Part shown: one piece after another, positions 40,590-52,893 of the stretch
How positions within the stretch are numbered: position 1 is the stretch's first letter
Layout: the number at the start of each line of letters is the position of its first letter
Assembly: GCF_004010195.1 (NCBI RefSeq)
Contig: NC_057751.1
Location: 9,307,611 to 9,367,610 of the forward strand
Origin: Chiloscyllium plagiosum
Taxonomy: Eukaryota
Reading direction: 5' to 3'
Length of the DNA stretch: 60,000 nucleotides
The notes under the pieces: generated by a model
What the model was told of the DNA's origin: nothing
Database searches by the model: none
Seen by the model: only the letters and a program-made list of their open reading frames with translations
Translations under genes and position numbers: made by a program

Positions 40590-40750
40590 TTAAAAATCAC
40601 AGCACCAACCTTTCGTCCAACAGGTTTATTTGGAAGCACGAGCTTTTGGAGCGCTGCTCCTTCATCAAATAAACCTGTTGGGACAATAACCTGGTTTTGT
40701 GTGATTTTTAATTTTGTACATCCTCGTCCAACACCGGCACATACAAATCA
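40590..40750. mobile_element. Miniature PLE fold-back insertion of another family
   Basis: taaaaatcac...ccaacaggtttattt is inverted against aaataaacctgttgg...gtgattttta. TSD TAGCTCACCT at 40578-40587 and 40751-40760. Degenerate hammerhead at 40640-40668 (-): UUGAUGA-AGGAGC-AGC-GCUCC-AAAAGCUC. Confidence 0.8.
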
Positions 40751-43228
40751 TAGCTCACCTTGTAAGAAAGTCAAACTAACCTTGCTTTTCACATCCAAAT
40801 AGATGCAGAAACCAACTGCCACACCCTAGATACTGTGGCATTACACCCATGTTGACTGCCTGAACAAAGTTTTTTTTCTAAGATTACAAAGTTTTCAGAC
40901 ATTTTTTGAATAGTATAATGTTGCCATCTGGTGGCAGGAGTCAACAAGCAAAACGCAATATTTGTAGTCAAAAAAGATACTTAATTGTACATTGCTTAAT
41001 CCCATTCCTGAAGAAATTACAGGTTGTGCAAGTCTTTGAAATCTTACAAGCATTTCATAGAGTCAGAGGTGTACAGCATGGAAACAGACCCTTCGGTCCA
41101 ACCTGTCCATGCCGACCAGATATCCCAACCCAATATAGTCCCACCTGCCAGCACCCAGCCCATATCCCTCCAAATCCTTCCTATTCATATAACCATCCAA
41201 ATAACTCTTCAATGTTGCAACTGTATCAGCCTCCACCACATCCTCTGGCAGCTCATTCCATACACATACCACCNNNNNNNNNNNNNNNNNNNNNNNNNNN
41301 NNNNNNNNNNNNNNNNNNNNNNNNNNNNNNNNNNNNNNNNNNNNNNNNNNNNNNNNNNNNNNNNNNNNNNNNNNNNNNNNNNNNNNNNNNNNNNNNNNNN
41401 NNNNNNNNNNNNNNNNNNNNNNNNNNNNNNNNNNNNNNNNNNNNNNNNNNNNNNNNNNNNNNNNNNNNNNNNNNNNNNNNNNNNNNNNNNNNNNNNNNNN
41501 NNNNNNNNNNNNNNNNNNNNNNNNNNNNNNNNNNNNNNNNNNNNNNNNNNNNNNNNNNNNNNNNNNNNNNNNNNNNNNNNNNNNNNNNNNNNNNNNNNNN
41601 NNNNNNNNNNNTCAGCCCATTGGCCCATCTGATCAAGATTCTGTTGTAATCTGAGGTAACCTTCTTCACTGTCCACTACACCTCCAAATTTGGTGTAATC
41701 TGCAAACTTACTAACTATACCTCTTATGCTCGCTCATTGATATCGTTTGTAAATGACAAAAACGTAGAGGACCCAGCATCGATCCTTGTGACACTCCACT
41801 GGTCACAGGCCTCCAGTCTGAAAACCAACCCTCTGTCTTCTACCTTTGAGCCAGTTCTGTATCCAAATGGCTAGTTCTCACTGTATTCCATGAGATCTAA
41901 CCTTGCTAATCAGTCTCCCATGGGGAATCTTGTCAAACACCTTCCTGAAGGTCCATAAAGATCACATCTACTGCTCTGCTCTCATCAATCTTCTTTGTTA
42001 CTTCTTCAAAAAGACAAAATCAAGTTTGTGAGACATGATTTCCCCCCACAAAGCCATGTCGACTATCTCTAAACAGTCCTTGCCTTTTCAAATACATGTA
42101 CATCCTGTCCCTCAGGGTCCTCTCCAACAACTTGCCCACCACGGAGGTCAGGCTCACCGGTCTATAGTTCTCTGGCTTGTCTTTACCACCCTTCTTCAAC
42201 AGTGGCACATTTGCCAACCTCCAGTCTTCTGGCACCTCACCTGTGACTATCGATGATACAAATATCTCAGCAAGAGTTCCAGCAATCACTTCTCTAGCTT
42301 CCCACAGAGTTCTCGGGTACACCTGATCACGTCCTGGGCATTTATCCACTTTTAACTGTTTCAAGACATCCTGGACTTCCTCCTATGTAATCTGGATATT
42401 TTGCAAGATGTCACCATCTATTTCCCTAGTCTACATCTTCTATATCCTTTTCCACAGTAAATACTGATGCAAATTATTCATTTTGTATCTCCCCCATTTT
42501 CTGTGGCTACACACAAAGGCTGCCTTGCTGATCTTTGAGGGGCCCTATTCTCTCCCTCGTTACCCTTTTGTCCTTAATATATTGGTTAAAAACCCTTTGG
42601 ATTCTCCTTAATTCTATTTGCCAAAGCTATCTCATGTCCCCATTTTTTCCCTCCTGATTTCCCTCTTAAGTTTTCTCCTACTTTCTTTCTACTCTAAGGA
42701 TTCACTCGTTCTATCCTGTCTATACCCGACATATGCTTCCTTCTTTTTCTTAACCAAACCCTCAATTTCTTTAGTCATCCAGCATTCCCTATACTACTAG
42801 CCTTCCCCTTCACCCTGACAGAAATATACTTTATCTGGATTCTTGTTATCTCATTTCTGAAGGCTTCCTATTTTGCAGCCATCCCTTTACCTGCAAACAT
42901 CTGCCTCCGATCAATTTTCGAAAGTTCTTGTCTAATACCGTCAAAATTGGCTTTTCTCCCATTTAGAACTTCAACTTTTAGATCTGGTCTATCCTTTTCC
43001 ATCACTATTTTAAAGCTAATAGAATTATGGTCACTGGCCCCATAGTGCTCCCCCGCCTTATTTTTTAAGAGTAGATCAAGTTTTGCACCTTCTCTAGTAG
43101 GTACATCCACCTACTGAATCAGAAAATTGTCTTGTCCGCACTTAAGAAATTCCTCTCCATCTAAACCTTTAACACTATGGCAGTCCCAGTCGATGCTTGG
43201 AAAGATAAAATCTCCTACCGTAACTACC

Positions 43229-43672
43229 CTATTATTCTTACAGATAGCCGAGATCTCCTTACAAGTTTGTTTCTCAATTTCCCTCTGACTACTGGGGGCT
43301 CTATAATACAATCCCAATAATTCCATAAGACATAGGAGTAGAAGTAAGGCCATTCGGCCCATCGAGTCCACTCTGCCATTCAATCATGGCTGATGGGTAT
43401 TTTAACTGCACCTACCCGCATTCTCCCCGTAGCCCTTAATTCTTTGTGACCTATTATTCTTACAGATAGCCGAGATCTCCTTACAAGTTTGTTTCTCAAT
43501 TTCCCTCTGACTACTGGGGGCTCTATAATACAATCCCAATAAGACCATAAGACATAGGAGTAGAAGTAAGGCCATTCGGCCCATCGAGTCCACTCTGCCA
43601 TTCAATCATGGCTGATGGGTATTTTAACTGCACCGACCCGCATTCTCCCCGTAGCCCTTAATTCTTTGTGAC
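43229..43672 (+). repeat. 222-bp tandem duplication spanning the nested-CR1 junction
   Basis: 43229-43450 and 43451-43672 differ at about 3 positions. Confidence 0.9.
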
Positions 43673-44445
43673 ATCAAGAATTTATCAATCTCTGCCTTGA
43701 AGACATTTAGCGCCTGGCCTCCACTGCACTCTGCGGCAATGAATTCCACAGGCCCACNNNNNNNNNNNNNNNNNNNNNNNNNNNNNNNNNNNNNNNNNNN
43801 NNNNNNNNNNNNNNNNNNNNNNNNNNNNNNNNNNNNNNNNNNNNNNNNNNNNNNNNNNNNNNNNNNNNNNTAGATCTCCCCTTAATCTTCTAAACTCCAA
43901 TGAATACAATCCCAGGATCGTCAGCCGCTCCTCGTATGTTAGACCTACCATTCCAAGGATCATCTGTGTGAATCTCCACTGGACACGCTCCAGTGCCAGT
44001 ATGCCCTTCCTGAGGTGTGGGGACCAAAACTGGACACAGTACTCCAAATGGGGCCGAACCAGAGCTTTATAAAGTCTCAGTAGCACAACGGTGCTTTTAT
44101 ATTCCAACCCTCTTGAGATAAATTACAACATTGCATTCGCTTTCTTAATCACAGACTGAACCTGCATGTTTACCTTCAGAGAATCCTCGACTAGCACGCC
44201 CAGATCCCTTTGTACTTTGGCTTTACGCATTTTCTCACCGTTTAGAAAGTAGTCCATGCTTGTATTCTTTTTTCCAAAGTGCAAGACCTCGCATTTGCTC
44301 ACATTGAATTCCATCAACCATTTCCTGGACCACTCTCCCAAACTGTCGAGATCCTTCTGCAGCCTCCCCACTTCCTCAGTACTACCTGCCTGTCCACCTA
44401 ACTTTCTATCATCGGCAAACTTCGCAAGAATGCCCCCAGTCCATT
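43322..44445 (-). mobile_element. Younger CR1 of another subfamily nested in the endonuclease region
   Basis: MEFNVSKCEVLHFG, LYKALVRPHLEYCVQFWSP and a (cttatg) tail; the host CR1 resumes at about 44446. Confidence 0.88.
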
Positions 44446-44944
44446 AAGATGATCATAAGGTGACCATCCCTTTCTTATTTCTCAGTTCCACCCAAATAAC
44501 TCCCCCGGATCTATTTCCGGGAATATTCTCCCTCAGCACAGCTGTAATGCTATCCCTCAACAAAAATGCCACTCCCCTCCTCTCTTGCCTCTCTTTCTAT
44601 CCTTCCTGTAGCATTTGTATCCTGGAACATTAAGCTGCCAGTCCTGCCCATCCCTGAGCCATGTTTTTGTAATTGCTATGATATCCCAGTCCCATGTTCC
44701 TAACCAGGCCCTGAGTTCATCTGCCTTCCCTGTTAGGCCCCTTGCATTGAAATAAATGCATACAAAAGTTGCAGCTAAGACCGGAACATGGGGTCACGAA
44801 CTGTTACAAATGATCTACTAAGAAACGCTGCACTCTCTCTTCCAAGATACTTGTTTGGCAATATCATTCATTTCAGGCAGAAGACCAGAAAGAGCATAGC
44901 TGCATTTAAGAAACTATAAAAGGAAGAAAGAATGAATAGAAGGT

Positions 44945-44950
44945 TTTATT
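44945..44950 (-). promoter_or_regulatory. Candidate CDCA2 polyadenylation signal (AATAAA)
   Basis: tttatt on the plus strand, followed on the minus strand by a T-rich tract. It sits at the end of the unique block downstream of the CDCA2 stop, just before CR1 sequence begins. Confidence 0.45.
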
Positions 44951-46054
44951 GTCGACATATTTGAAAAACAGTTGGAGGAAACTGGTCAAAAACAAACTGG
45001 CCCTGTGGCAATGCTCATATTCGCAGTGCGACACCATATGAATAAAGCACTTGGATTTGTCGTGACTTTACTAACATCTATGAAAGACAGTTTTTTGCCA
45101 AAAGCCAAGCAAAGCAGTCACTTGGGCCAGCTTCTGTTGTTAACGGAAGGAAATGGGAGTGAACAAAGTATTATTTTAACAACAACATGACACTCAAATC
45201 TGATTAAGTCAGGTCAACCTGCAGTTTCTGACTCCGTCTAAGCGTGGCCCACAAAAATGCTTTGCTTCATCGGTTCTCCAATCTGGTCCACATGGCAACA
45301 AGTCTTGCACAAACAATTAAATCCTCCAATTTGGGATTACAAGTATCCCACTTTCTCAGAGGCAACAGAAATTCAAACATCCTCAATGAGTTCAGTCAAT
45401 CGAGTGACATAGCTATTCTAGGTGCTGGTCACATCTGAAGTGGAAAACACCAGCACCAACATGAACGCTGATGTGCAACAGAATATAGACTTTGAGGAAA
45501 ATTCAGCATGTGTGCCTCTTTATTTCTTATGAAATTAGCTGAACAATGTTTTTTAAATGACAAAGCAAATGTAACATTATTTCACAAGCAATTTCTGTTT
45601 TTTTTTAAAAATATATCAGTTGCTTCAAAGAAAAATAAATCACAAAACAATTTGCACTGTGCACAGCAGAACAGCAAATCGCTCCATTTCAACAATATAA
45701 CTATGGATCTGCTATTGCAGAGATTCAATACCTGCTCCATGGTTCACACTGGTACAGTGGCAGAGAATATGCAAGGAACAACAACATCCTCTAAATAAAG
45801 AAAACTTGGGTTTTCACTTCTTTGAACTTGTCGCAATGTCAATTATCTTCATTCAAATGTCAGGAAAGTCTGTTATACAACTTCCCATTTCTTCAACTCC
45901 TTAAAAGAAAACCAAAGAACTTTATTTGACTCAAAAAAATGATAATATCGTTGAGGTGATTCTATCAAACTTACAGCTCCCAGCTGACTTGCTGCTAAAT
46001 CCAAGATTCAACTTGACACTTGGACTACTTGTCACATTGAATTTCTGTTATATA

Positions 46055-46395
46055 AGCCCTTCAGTGCAGGACAGAGGCCATTTGGCCCCTTGAGCTCGTA
46101 GTCTAACTCTGAACGGCCTCCCAAAGTATTTCCATAAGCCCACATCAACCACCTCTAATCTACCTAGCCTGCATTCCGCATCTACATCCCCGGACACTAC
46201 AAGGCAATTTACTTTGGCTCATCTACCTAACCTGCACTTCGTTGGACTGTGGGAGGAAAGTGGAGCACCTGAAGCAAACCCATGGAGACATGGGTACAAT
46301 GTGAAAACTCCACACAGGCAATCACGAAGTTGGAACTGAACCTGGATCCCTGGAACCATGAGGCAACAGTGCTGACCACGGTGTCACCATGCCAA
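46055..46395 (-). mobile_element. Diverged HE1-type SINE
   Basis: Aligns along its length to 13980-14281. Confidence 0.8.
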
Positions 46396-47182
46396 CTATT
46401 GCTAATTATTTTTAGTTTGGGGTGATAACATTAGTATCCCGGAGTATAAGTGGACAGGAAGGGCAGAGAAAGGGGCAAAAGGAAAGTCAAGTAAATCTTA
46501 AAATTGCAAATGAAGTTTGGTCAGACAAAGGCACACTTCCATTGCAATCTCCTTGCCTGTGTAACTTGCCAAAACTTTACTATGCTGCTGTTCCACACCC
46601 AACACGAACAGCATTTATAACAGTCAGAGCAGAAAGCAGTTGAAAAAGAAAAAAAACAAAATAAAGTGGCCCAATATGACCTAATTGTTTAAAATATATG
46701 TTTCTTAACACATTTCACTCCAGTGATCTGTTCAGATTGCTTTCCATTTATTCCACTGCAAAGCAGTCAGTCTCTGTGGCACTGTTTATTTAGTTTCAAA
46801 AGCACAATTAATTTCCTTTCAACTAGTTGCTTATCCGTGGAACCCTTCATTTGTTTTTTCTGATAATGTTTCATTGTCACTTCACTCAAGTTGATAGCTT
46901 GACCTGATGGGATTACATAGGGTCTAAACTAACAAGTGCAAAACTCCAGTGAACACATTTATGTTGCAAAATTAATTCTGTCAGCAGTGGCAGGCTGATG
47001 TCTATTAATACTTAGCACAGTTAGGCTACAAGCTCTAGTTGTGATACAACTTTACGAACAGAAGCTGTAATTTTACTGCTGTTTGTTTTCAAATTGTACA
47101 GAAAATCAACAAGCTTATACGTGACATAAATCCCCATGTTATTTCCCTGTGATATATGAAAATACCTGAGTATTTCTGCTGG

Positions 47183-48594
47183 TCAACTTAGTTCAACCAT
47201 GCTTTTCTTCGGAGATTCCTCCAAACCATCAGTAGCTGTATTTCGGAGACACGAAAGTGACCGTCGCCTGAGAGTTCTAATTCTTGCTTGGGATTCAGTT
47301 TTACTCGCCAATTCTTCTGCACTGGAAATGTTTCCCCATGGTTTGGTGAGCCTGCAAGATCTTCTGGGAAGCATACTGGTCGTCATCTTTTCGTGTACCG
47401 GTTCAGTGCTGGATACCTCAACCCAGCTCAGTCCTGCCACATTTATCACACCGGACAGCCGGGCACTACGCCTCACCTTCTTTTTGAAGATTGAGTTTTC
47501 TCTTGAAGAACCTAAATATTTGATTCCCACTTCCAACTGGTCAGCAGTTTCAAATATATTTATATTCATCTGTTCTGATGAACATAAGAGGCCTGAGTTA
47601 TCAAACAGAGCTCCAAAGTTGGTTTTTACTTCAGCCTCATCAACCTCAATGTTACTTTTATACTTGGGAACAATTCCATTGCCCATCATGCTGTTTACAA
47701 GGCTTTCTGTTTGTGATACATTCACAGCTTCGTGACCATTTGTATCATTTGCATCGAATGCCTCATGTCCTCCAAAATAGTCTACAAATGGCTTGTCTAC
47801 CTGCTTTTTGGATGCCAATTCTGCTGCTCCAAATATTTTGCTCTTTCTGCGGCAAGTTCTGCTTTGAAATATCCCCTGAGTGGCTATAGGTAAATGACAC
47901 ACCCTTTGGTCATTAATTGCAACGGATGGCGCAGTTGCTGTTACAAGGGATTCTTTAGTTACAGTGAAATTACTGGCAGGAGTCAAGTTCTCCATTTTTG
48001 CTGACTCTGCTTTCAGTTGCTGGTCACTTTCTTGAACAACATTTGATTCAGATTCCAGACAAGAACTAATGATTTTGTAATCAGCTGTGTCAACCGCCTC
48101 CTTGAAATATTGTTTGAGTTCAATGTCCTTTGGATATTGTCTCTCAAGTAGGGTCTGCACTCCATCTGTTCCTTTCTGATTATTTTTCACCATAGTGAAC
48201 TCTTCTGAAAGATGCTTCCTTGTAATCTTGTTTGAAAATGTCTCACTCATCCAAGTAGGCTCATTGTCAAGATTCTTAGCACCTGAACTTTCCAAAGCTT
48301 CCAACTCATCAAATGTTGTATGTGAAAATACAGGCGATTCATCAGTACCACTGCTTAAATTGTTCTTCACTTTCTCAAGTGCACACTGGTGATCACTCAC
48401 ATTGTTAACCAAAGTGGTTCTTTGCTCACTGTCACTTTCAACAGATTCCTCAAAGTCGTGGAGACTGCTCTTGCACACTCTTTTTGGTTTTCGTACTTGT
48501 TCCCCTATGGACACTGCATGCAAAGCAGCATGTCCATCAGCTGGCTTTTCAGAGTTGAATGTGCTCTGTCTACTTTCTTCTTCAATAAGACTAC
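47183..48594 (-). CDS. CDCA2: CDCA2 large C-terminal coding exon (about 470 aa, ends ...MVELS*)
   Basis: The only long uninterrupted non-repeat ORF in the window. Acceptor ttcattgtcctgcag|GT is phase 1, giving LEG-SLIEEE. The S/E/K-rich disordered sequence with basic RRS clusters (KKKVRRSARL, RRSCRL, RRRSLS) fits the Repo-Man C-terminus. Confidence 0.85.
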
Positions 48595-48861
48595 CTGCAG
48601 GACAATGAAACAAGACAAGTACAAAACATTCTGTACTTTTGTTAGCTACTTGTGATTCAATGTGAAGCTGGAAAAAAGTCTGTCCAGGGAGAAAGCAATC
48701 ATAAGACCTACATAGTCTTTAGCAAAAAAGATTTGTCTTCCACTGTGATGTCAGTACAAATCAGAACATTGGCCTGATAACCCTTTGTTGAGGAAGAGAA
48801 CACAAAGACAGAAGACATCCTGAAGCTGAGACTGATCCAGCTCGAAGTTGATTAAAAAAAC

Positions 48862-49179
48862 AAATTAACAACTGATCAACTAAAACAAAAAAAAAATAAA
48901 TGCAGGGCCAGGTGATACATTCTACTTGCATGAATGGGGAACTGGAGGACCCCAAATGTTCTTCCTAACTGCAACCCATGTTGGTTGCTCAAGGAACTCA
49001 AGTTAAGAACTGTTAAGCTGAAATTAACAACTGATCAACTAAAACAAAAAAAAAATAAATGCAGGGCCAGGTGATACATTCTACTTGCATGAATCGGGAA
49101 CTGGAGGACCCCAAATGTTCTTCCTAACTGCAACCCATGTCGGTTGCTCAAGGAACTCAAGTTAAGAACTGTTAAGCTG
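48862..49179 (+). repeat. 159-bp tandem duplication within a decayed CR1 5' region
   Basis: 48862-49020 and 49021-49179 differ by 2 substitutions. Confidence 0.9.
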
Positions 49180-50413
49180 GACAATGAGCTTCAGACACTG
49201 CAACACACCTCAATGTTTTAGGAGGAGTCACTTGAAATTTGGCCAACAGTCAGGGACAGGACAGTGTGACTCAATGTGATGTACCTGAAGGGATCTTCAG
49301 TGTAGCACTGGAGGATATAGAGTCCTCCATGGGGTGCTACCTACCTGGTACCAGGTAGAGAGTTATCTTCAACTCGCTTCAAAGGATACTGAAAGCCTTG
49401 CGCAAGTCAATACAGTTTCAAAAACAACTAACAAGACAGGTTAAATCAACAGCCAGGAATCTTAGTTCAGGTATGGCAGGTAATGGCAAAACTATACCAG
49501 TTCAGTGATTGAACTCGATGACATAAATAAAACAAGTTAATAAAACAGTAGTGCTGAGTGACAGGTTTGAGTGCTCAGCCCAAATGACAGTTCAATGCAT
49601 AACATAGTGTATAAGGAATAATTTAAATGAGCTGCAGGCACAAATTCAAATTGGAGTGTATGACATAGTTACCATGACGAAGACATGCTGCAGGACTAGA
49701 AATTATGTCAGAAACTTATAAGAGAGACAGGGAAAATAGTAGCAGGTCGGAGGAAAATTTGCATGTCACATTGTTCTAGATGGACAAAGGATGTGAATCA
49801 AGAGGCAGTTGATGAATTTATGTGCCAAGGCACACAAGAGTTATAAAAGGGGAATGAGAACAGTTTAGTGGTTGGTTTTGACAAACACAACCTGTACTAG
49901 CGAAAAGGTGTTTCTATGCTCTGGGCGTCTACATCTGCCCAAAAAGCGAAGAGTCATCTTAGGAAGCAGTAGCAGCATTAACAACTACTTACATGAGGTC
50001 TATGGCAAGATCATTCTCCCTTTGTGCAAACTTGCTGCAAAGTTCCAATTATTTCTAATTTGTCAACAATGAACAGCAGCAGCAGACGCAACTATAAATT
50101 AGCCAGTGATGTTCAGCAGTCAACTGGGAAACTACTCTGCGCGCTTGAAAGCAAATCCTCTCCTTAGTTTTACATTCATCCACTCTGTTATCCCCGACAC
50201 TTGGGATCACAGAATTGACCTCGTCAAATGGGATATGGTGACTACTGTTGAAAAATGTGTGTGGCTCTTATTTTTTGTGAAGAAAATCTTCTTAATTATA
50301 CCAAAGATACTAATCCCTCAGAGGCAACTTCAAGTGCTTACTTACAATATTTAAATTTTTTCAGTCAGTCAATAATCCGTTAAGTGACAATTAGTATTTC
50401 CAAAAATCCTTAC

Positions 50414-50606
50414 CCTCAAGAGGGAGAAGATTGCTCATCCTTGAAGCTTTCCAGTCTGCCTTTCCATCACAATCAGGAAAATCTGCTGGCTCAGGCCACA
50501 CATTAGAGTCCTCGGTGATTGGGCTCAGTAATGGTTTCTTGGAAGCATATTCCCGTTTTCCATAAAGTTCTTTTTTGACTTTCTTTCTATATTTGCCTTT
50601 TGTTAC
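50414..50606 (-). CDS. CDCA2: CDCA2 (Repo-Man) internal coding exon, 193 nt
   Basis: Acceptor ttttgcag|GTA and donor G|gtaagg. Encodes VTKGKYRKKVKKELYGKREYASKKPLLSPITEDSNVW..., matching the CDCA2 signature KKVxKxLYGxRxxASKKPLLSPIxE, which includes the PP2A-B56 LxxIxE docking motif. The phase-1 end joins the next exon in frame. Confidence 0.9.
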
Positions 50607-51395
50607 CTGCAAAACAGTTTTGCTGCCATCATTCCTGTTTTCCGTCACATACTATTTGAACTGGAGGCATTTAACTTAGATTATGTCATGCTTTCCTCAG
50701 TCTCAAATTCAGCCATCACTCCACTGTACAGTACTGTACTTCAACATGTCCTGCATAGTTTCACAATATGATGGACTGAGCATTTGAAGGGATGAAGATT
50801 TTATGACCACTTGAAGGTCCTTGTTGTACTAAAACTACAGTCACAGCTGCTTACAAATTATAATAACTGCACTCTGAAAGGAAAATAATTGGCCAACATG
50901 CACTAGGGAATATTCTGAACAAATGTGTTGTTCAATACATCAAACACAGATTCCTTACTCATAATCTATTTTTCTGTCTGGTCTTTAAATCCCTCCATGG
51001 TTTTGCATGCTCAGTGAACCTCCTTATTGTGCCCTCATCCGAAGTGCTTCCAAAAGCCTACTTGCTCAACCAGACATTAGGTCATCTTGCCGAATTCTGT
51101 ACAAGACTTGACGTTTTGAGTGGGTCTGATAACACACCTTGAGCAGTCTCCTGGAACGTCTTGCTCCTTGAATACATTTTGTGATTAAGGCTTGCTAATG
51201 ACGACTTCTTCACAACATGCAGGCCTGTATTACATTGCCAAGCAATCGCTTCAGTTTCTTTTGAACAGAGTAAGAATCATGCAAAATGCAAATGCCTCAA
51301 GCAAGATCTCATGCTGTCCTTCGTTAGCATGCTCAGGCACCAGCTTGGTTCAGTAAATTTACTGATTTCAGTTCAAGGCATCTTCACAGTTTCAG

Positions 51396-51448
51396 AGCTG
51401 AAAATGTGTTGCTGGGAAAGCGCAGCAGGTCAGGCAGCATCCAGGGAC
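51396..51448 (-). mobile_element. 53-bp extremely truncated PLE insertion
   Basis: Matches the terminus at 27671-27720. 11-bp TSD CACAGTTTCAG at 51385-51395 and 51449-51459. Confidence 0.85.
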
Positions 51449-51651
51449 CACAGTTTCAGTTTAGCAAACAATTCAGTTCATGACATACTTGATCCTTCAA
51501 CTGAGCGATCTGCATTTGACTGTCCTGCTCATTGTCTCCACTTAACAAATCCCCTGCCACAGGGAAATATTAACTTAAAACCTAAGCATTCTGGATCAGT
51601 GGTGCTGGAAGAGCACAGCAATTCAGGCAACATCCGACGAGCAGCAAAATC

Positions 51652-51679
51652 GACGTTTCGGGCAAAAGCCCTTCATCAG
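51652..51679 (-). ncRNA. Minimal hammerhead ribozyme motif, in CDCA2 sense orientation
   Basis: CUGAUGA-A-GGGC-UUUU-GCCC-GAAACGUC; a second copy begins at 52118 and runs into the gap. Confidence 0.65.
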
Positions 51680-52865
51680 GAATAAAGGCAGAGAGCCTGA
51701 AGCGTGGAGAGATAAGTGAGAGGAGGGTGGGGGGGGGGAGAAAGTAGCATAGAGTACAATAGGTGAGTGGGGGAGGAGATGAAGGTGATAGGTCAGGGAG
51801 GAGAGGGTGGAGTGGATAGGTGGAAAAGGAGCTAGGCAGGTCGGACAAGTCCGGACAAGTCAAGGGGCACGACATGGTTGAAGAGCTTCAGGGCAGAGGA
51901 AATGACCTGGGAGTTGCAGTGGGAGAGGGACACCCTGAGATTCTTGTAGAGAGAGGAGGAAAACTTCTTCAAGGCAGGCATCCTTGCAAGAGGATTCGCA
52001 GTAGGGTTAAAATCAACGAGGTAAAAACAATGACTGCAGATGCTGGAAACCAGATTCTGGATCAGTGGTGCTGGAAGAGCACAGCAATTCAGGCAGCATC
52101 CGAGGACAGGCAAAATCGACGTTTCGGGCAAAAGCCCNNNNNNNNNNNNNNNNNNNNNNNNNNNNNNNNNNNNNNNNNNNNNNNNNNNNNNNNNNNNNNN
52201 NNNNNNNNNNNNNNNNNNNNNNNNNNNNNNNNNNNNNNNNNNNNNNNNNNNNNNNNNNNNNNNNNNNNNNNNNNNNNNNNNNNNNNNNNNNNNNNNNNNN
52301 NNNNNNNNNNNNNNNNNNNNNNNNNNNNNNNNNNNNNNNNNNNNNNNNNNNNNNNNNNNNNNNNNNNNNNNNNNNNNNNNNNNNNNNNNNNNNNNNNNNN
52401 NNNNNNNNNNNNNNNNNNNNNNNNNNNNNNNNNNNNNNNNNNNNNNNNNNNNNNNNNNNNNNNNNNNNNNNNNNNNNNNNNNNNNNNNNNNNNNNNNNNN
52501 NNNNNNNNNNNNNNNNNNNNNNNNNNNNNNNNNNNNNNNNNNNNNNNNNNNNNNNNNNNNNNNNNNNNNNNNNNNNNNNNNNNNNNNNNNNNNNNNNNNN
52601 NNNNNNNNNNNNNNNNNNNNNNNNNNNNNNNNNNNNNNNNNNNNNNNNNNNNNNNNNNNNNNNNNNNNNNNNNNNNNNNNNNNNNNNNNNNNNNNNNNNN
52701 NNNNNNNNNNNNNNNNNNNNNNNNNNNNNNNNNNNNNNNNNNNNNNNNNNNNNNNNNNNNNNNNNNNNNNNNNNNNNNNNNNNNNNNNNNNNNNNNNNNN
52801 NNNNNNNNNNNNNNNNNNNNNNNNNNNNNNNNNNNNNNNNNNNNNNNNNNNNTCTGCCTTTATTC

Positions 52866-52893
52866 CTGATGAAGGGCTTTTGCCCGAAACGTC
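52866..52893 (+). ncRNA. Minimal hammerhead ribozyme motif
   Basis: CTGATGAAGGGCTTTTGCCCGAAACGTC read directly on the plus strand. Confidence 0.65.

Larger units (their letters stand above)
41055..44760 (-). mobile_element. Long CR1 (endonuclease through 3' end) interrupted by a second CR1
   Basis: PTREGAKLDLL, SDHNSISF, DWRLANVPLLKKGGK..NYRPVSLTS; gap at 41274-41611. Confidence 0.9.

Noticed and set aside
40906..41676. ORFs of 138-247 aa
   Set aside because: Gap-spanning artefacts within a CR1.
47199..47735. 178-aa plus-strand ORF
   Set aside because: Antisense shadow of the CDCA2 exon.
51138..51224. Exon-like segment upstream of the 50606 exon
   Set aside because: The only open frame ends in phase 1 while the next exon needs phase 0; it also adjoins an L2-like remnant.
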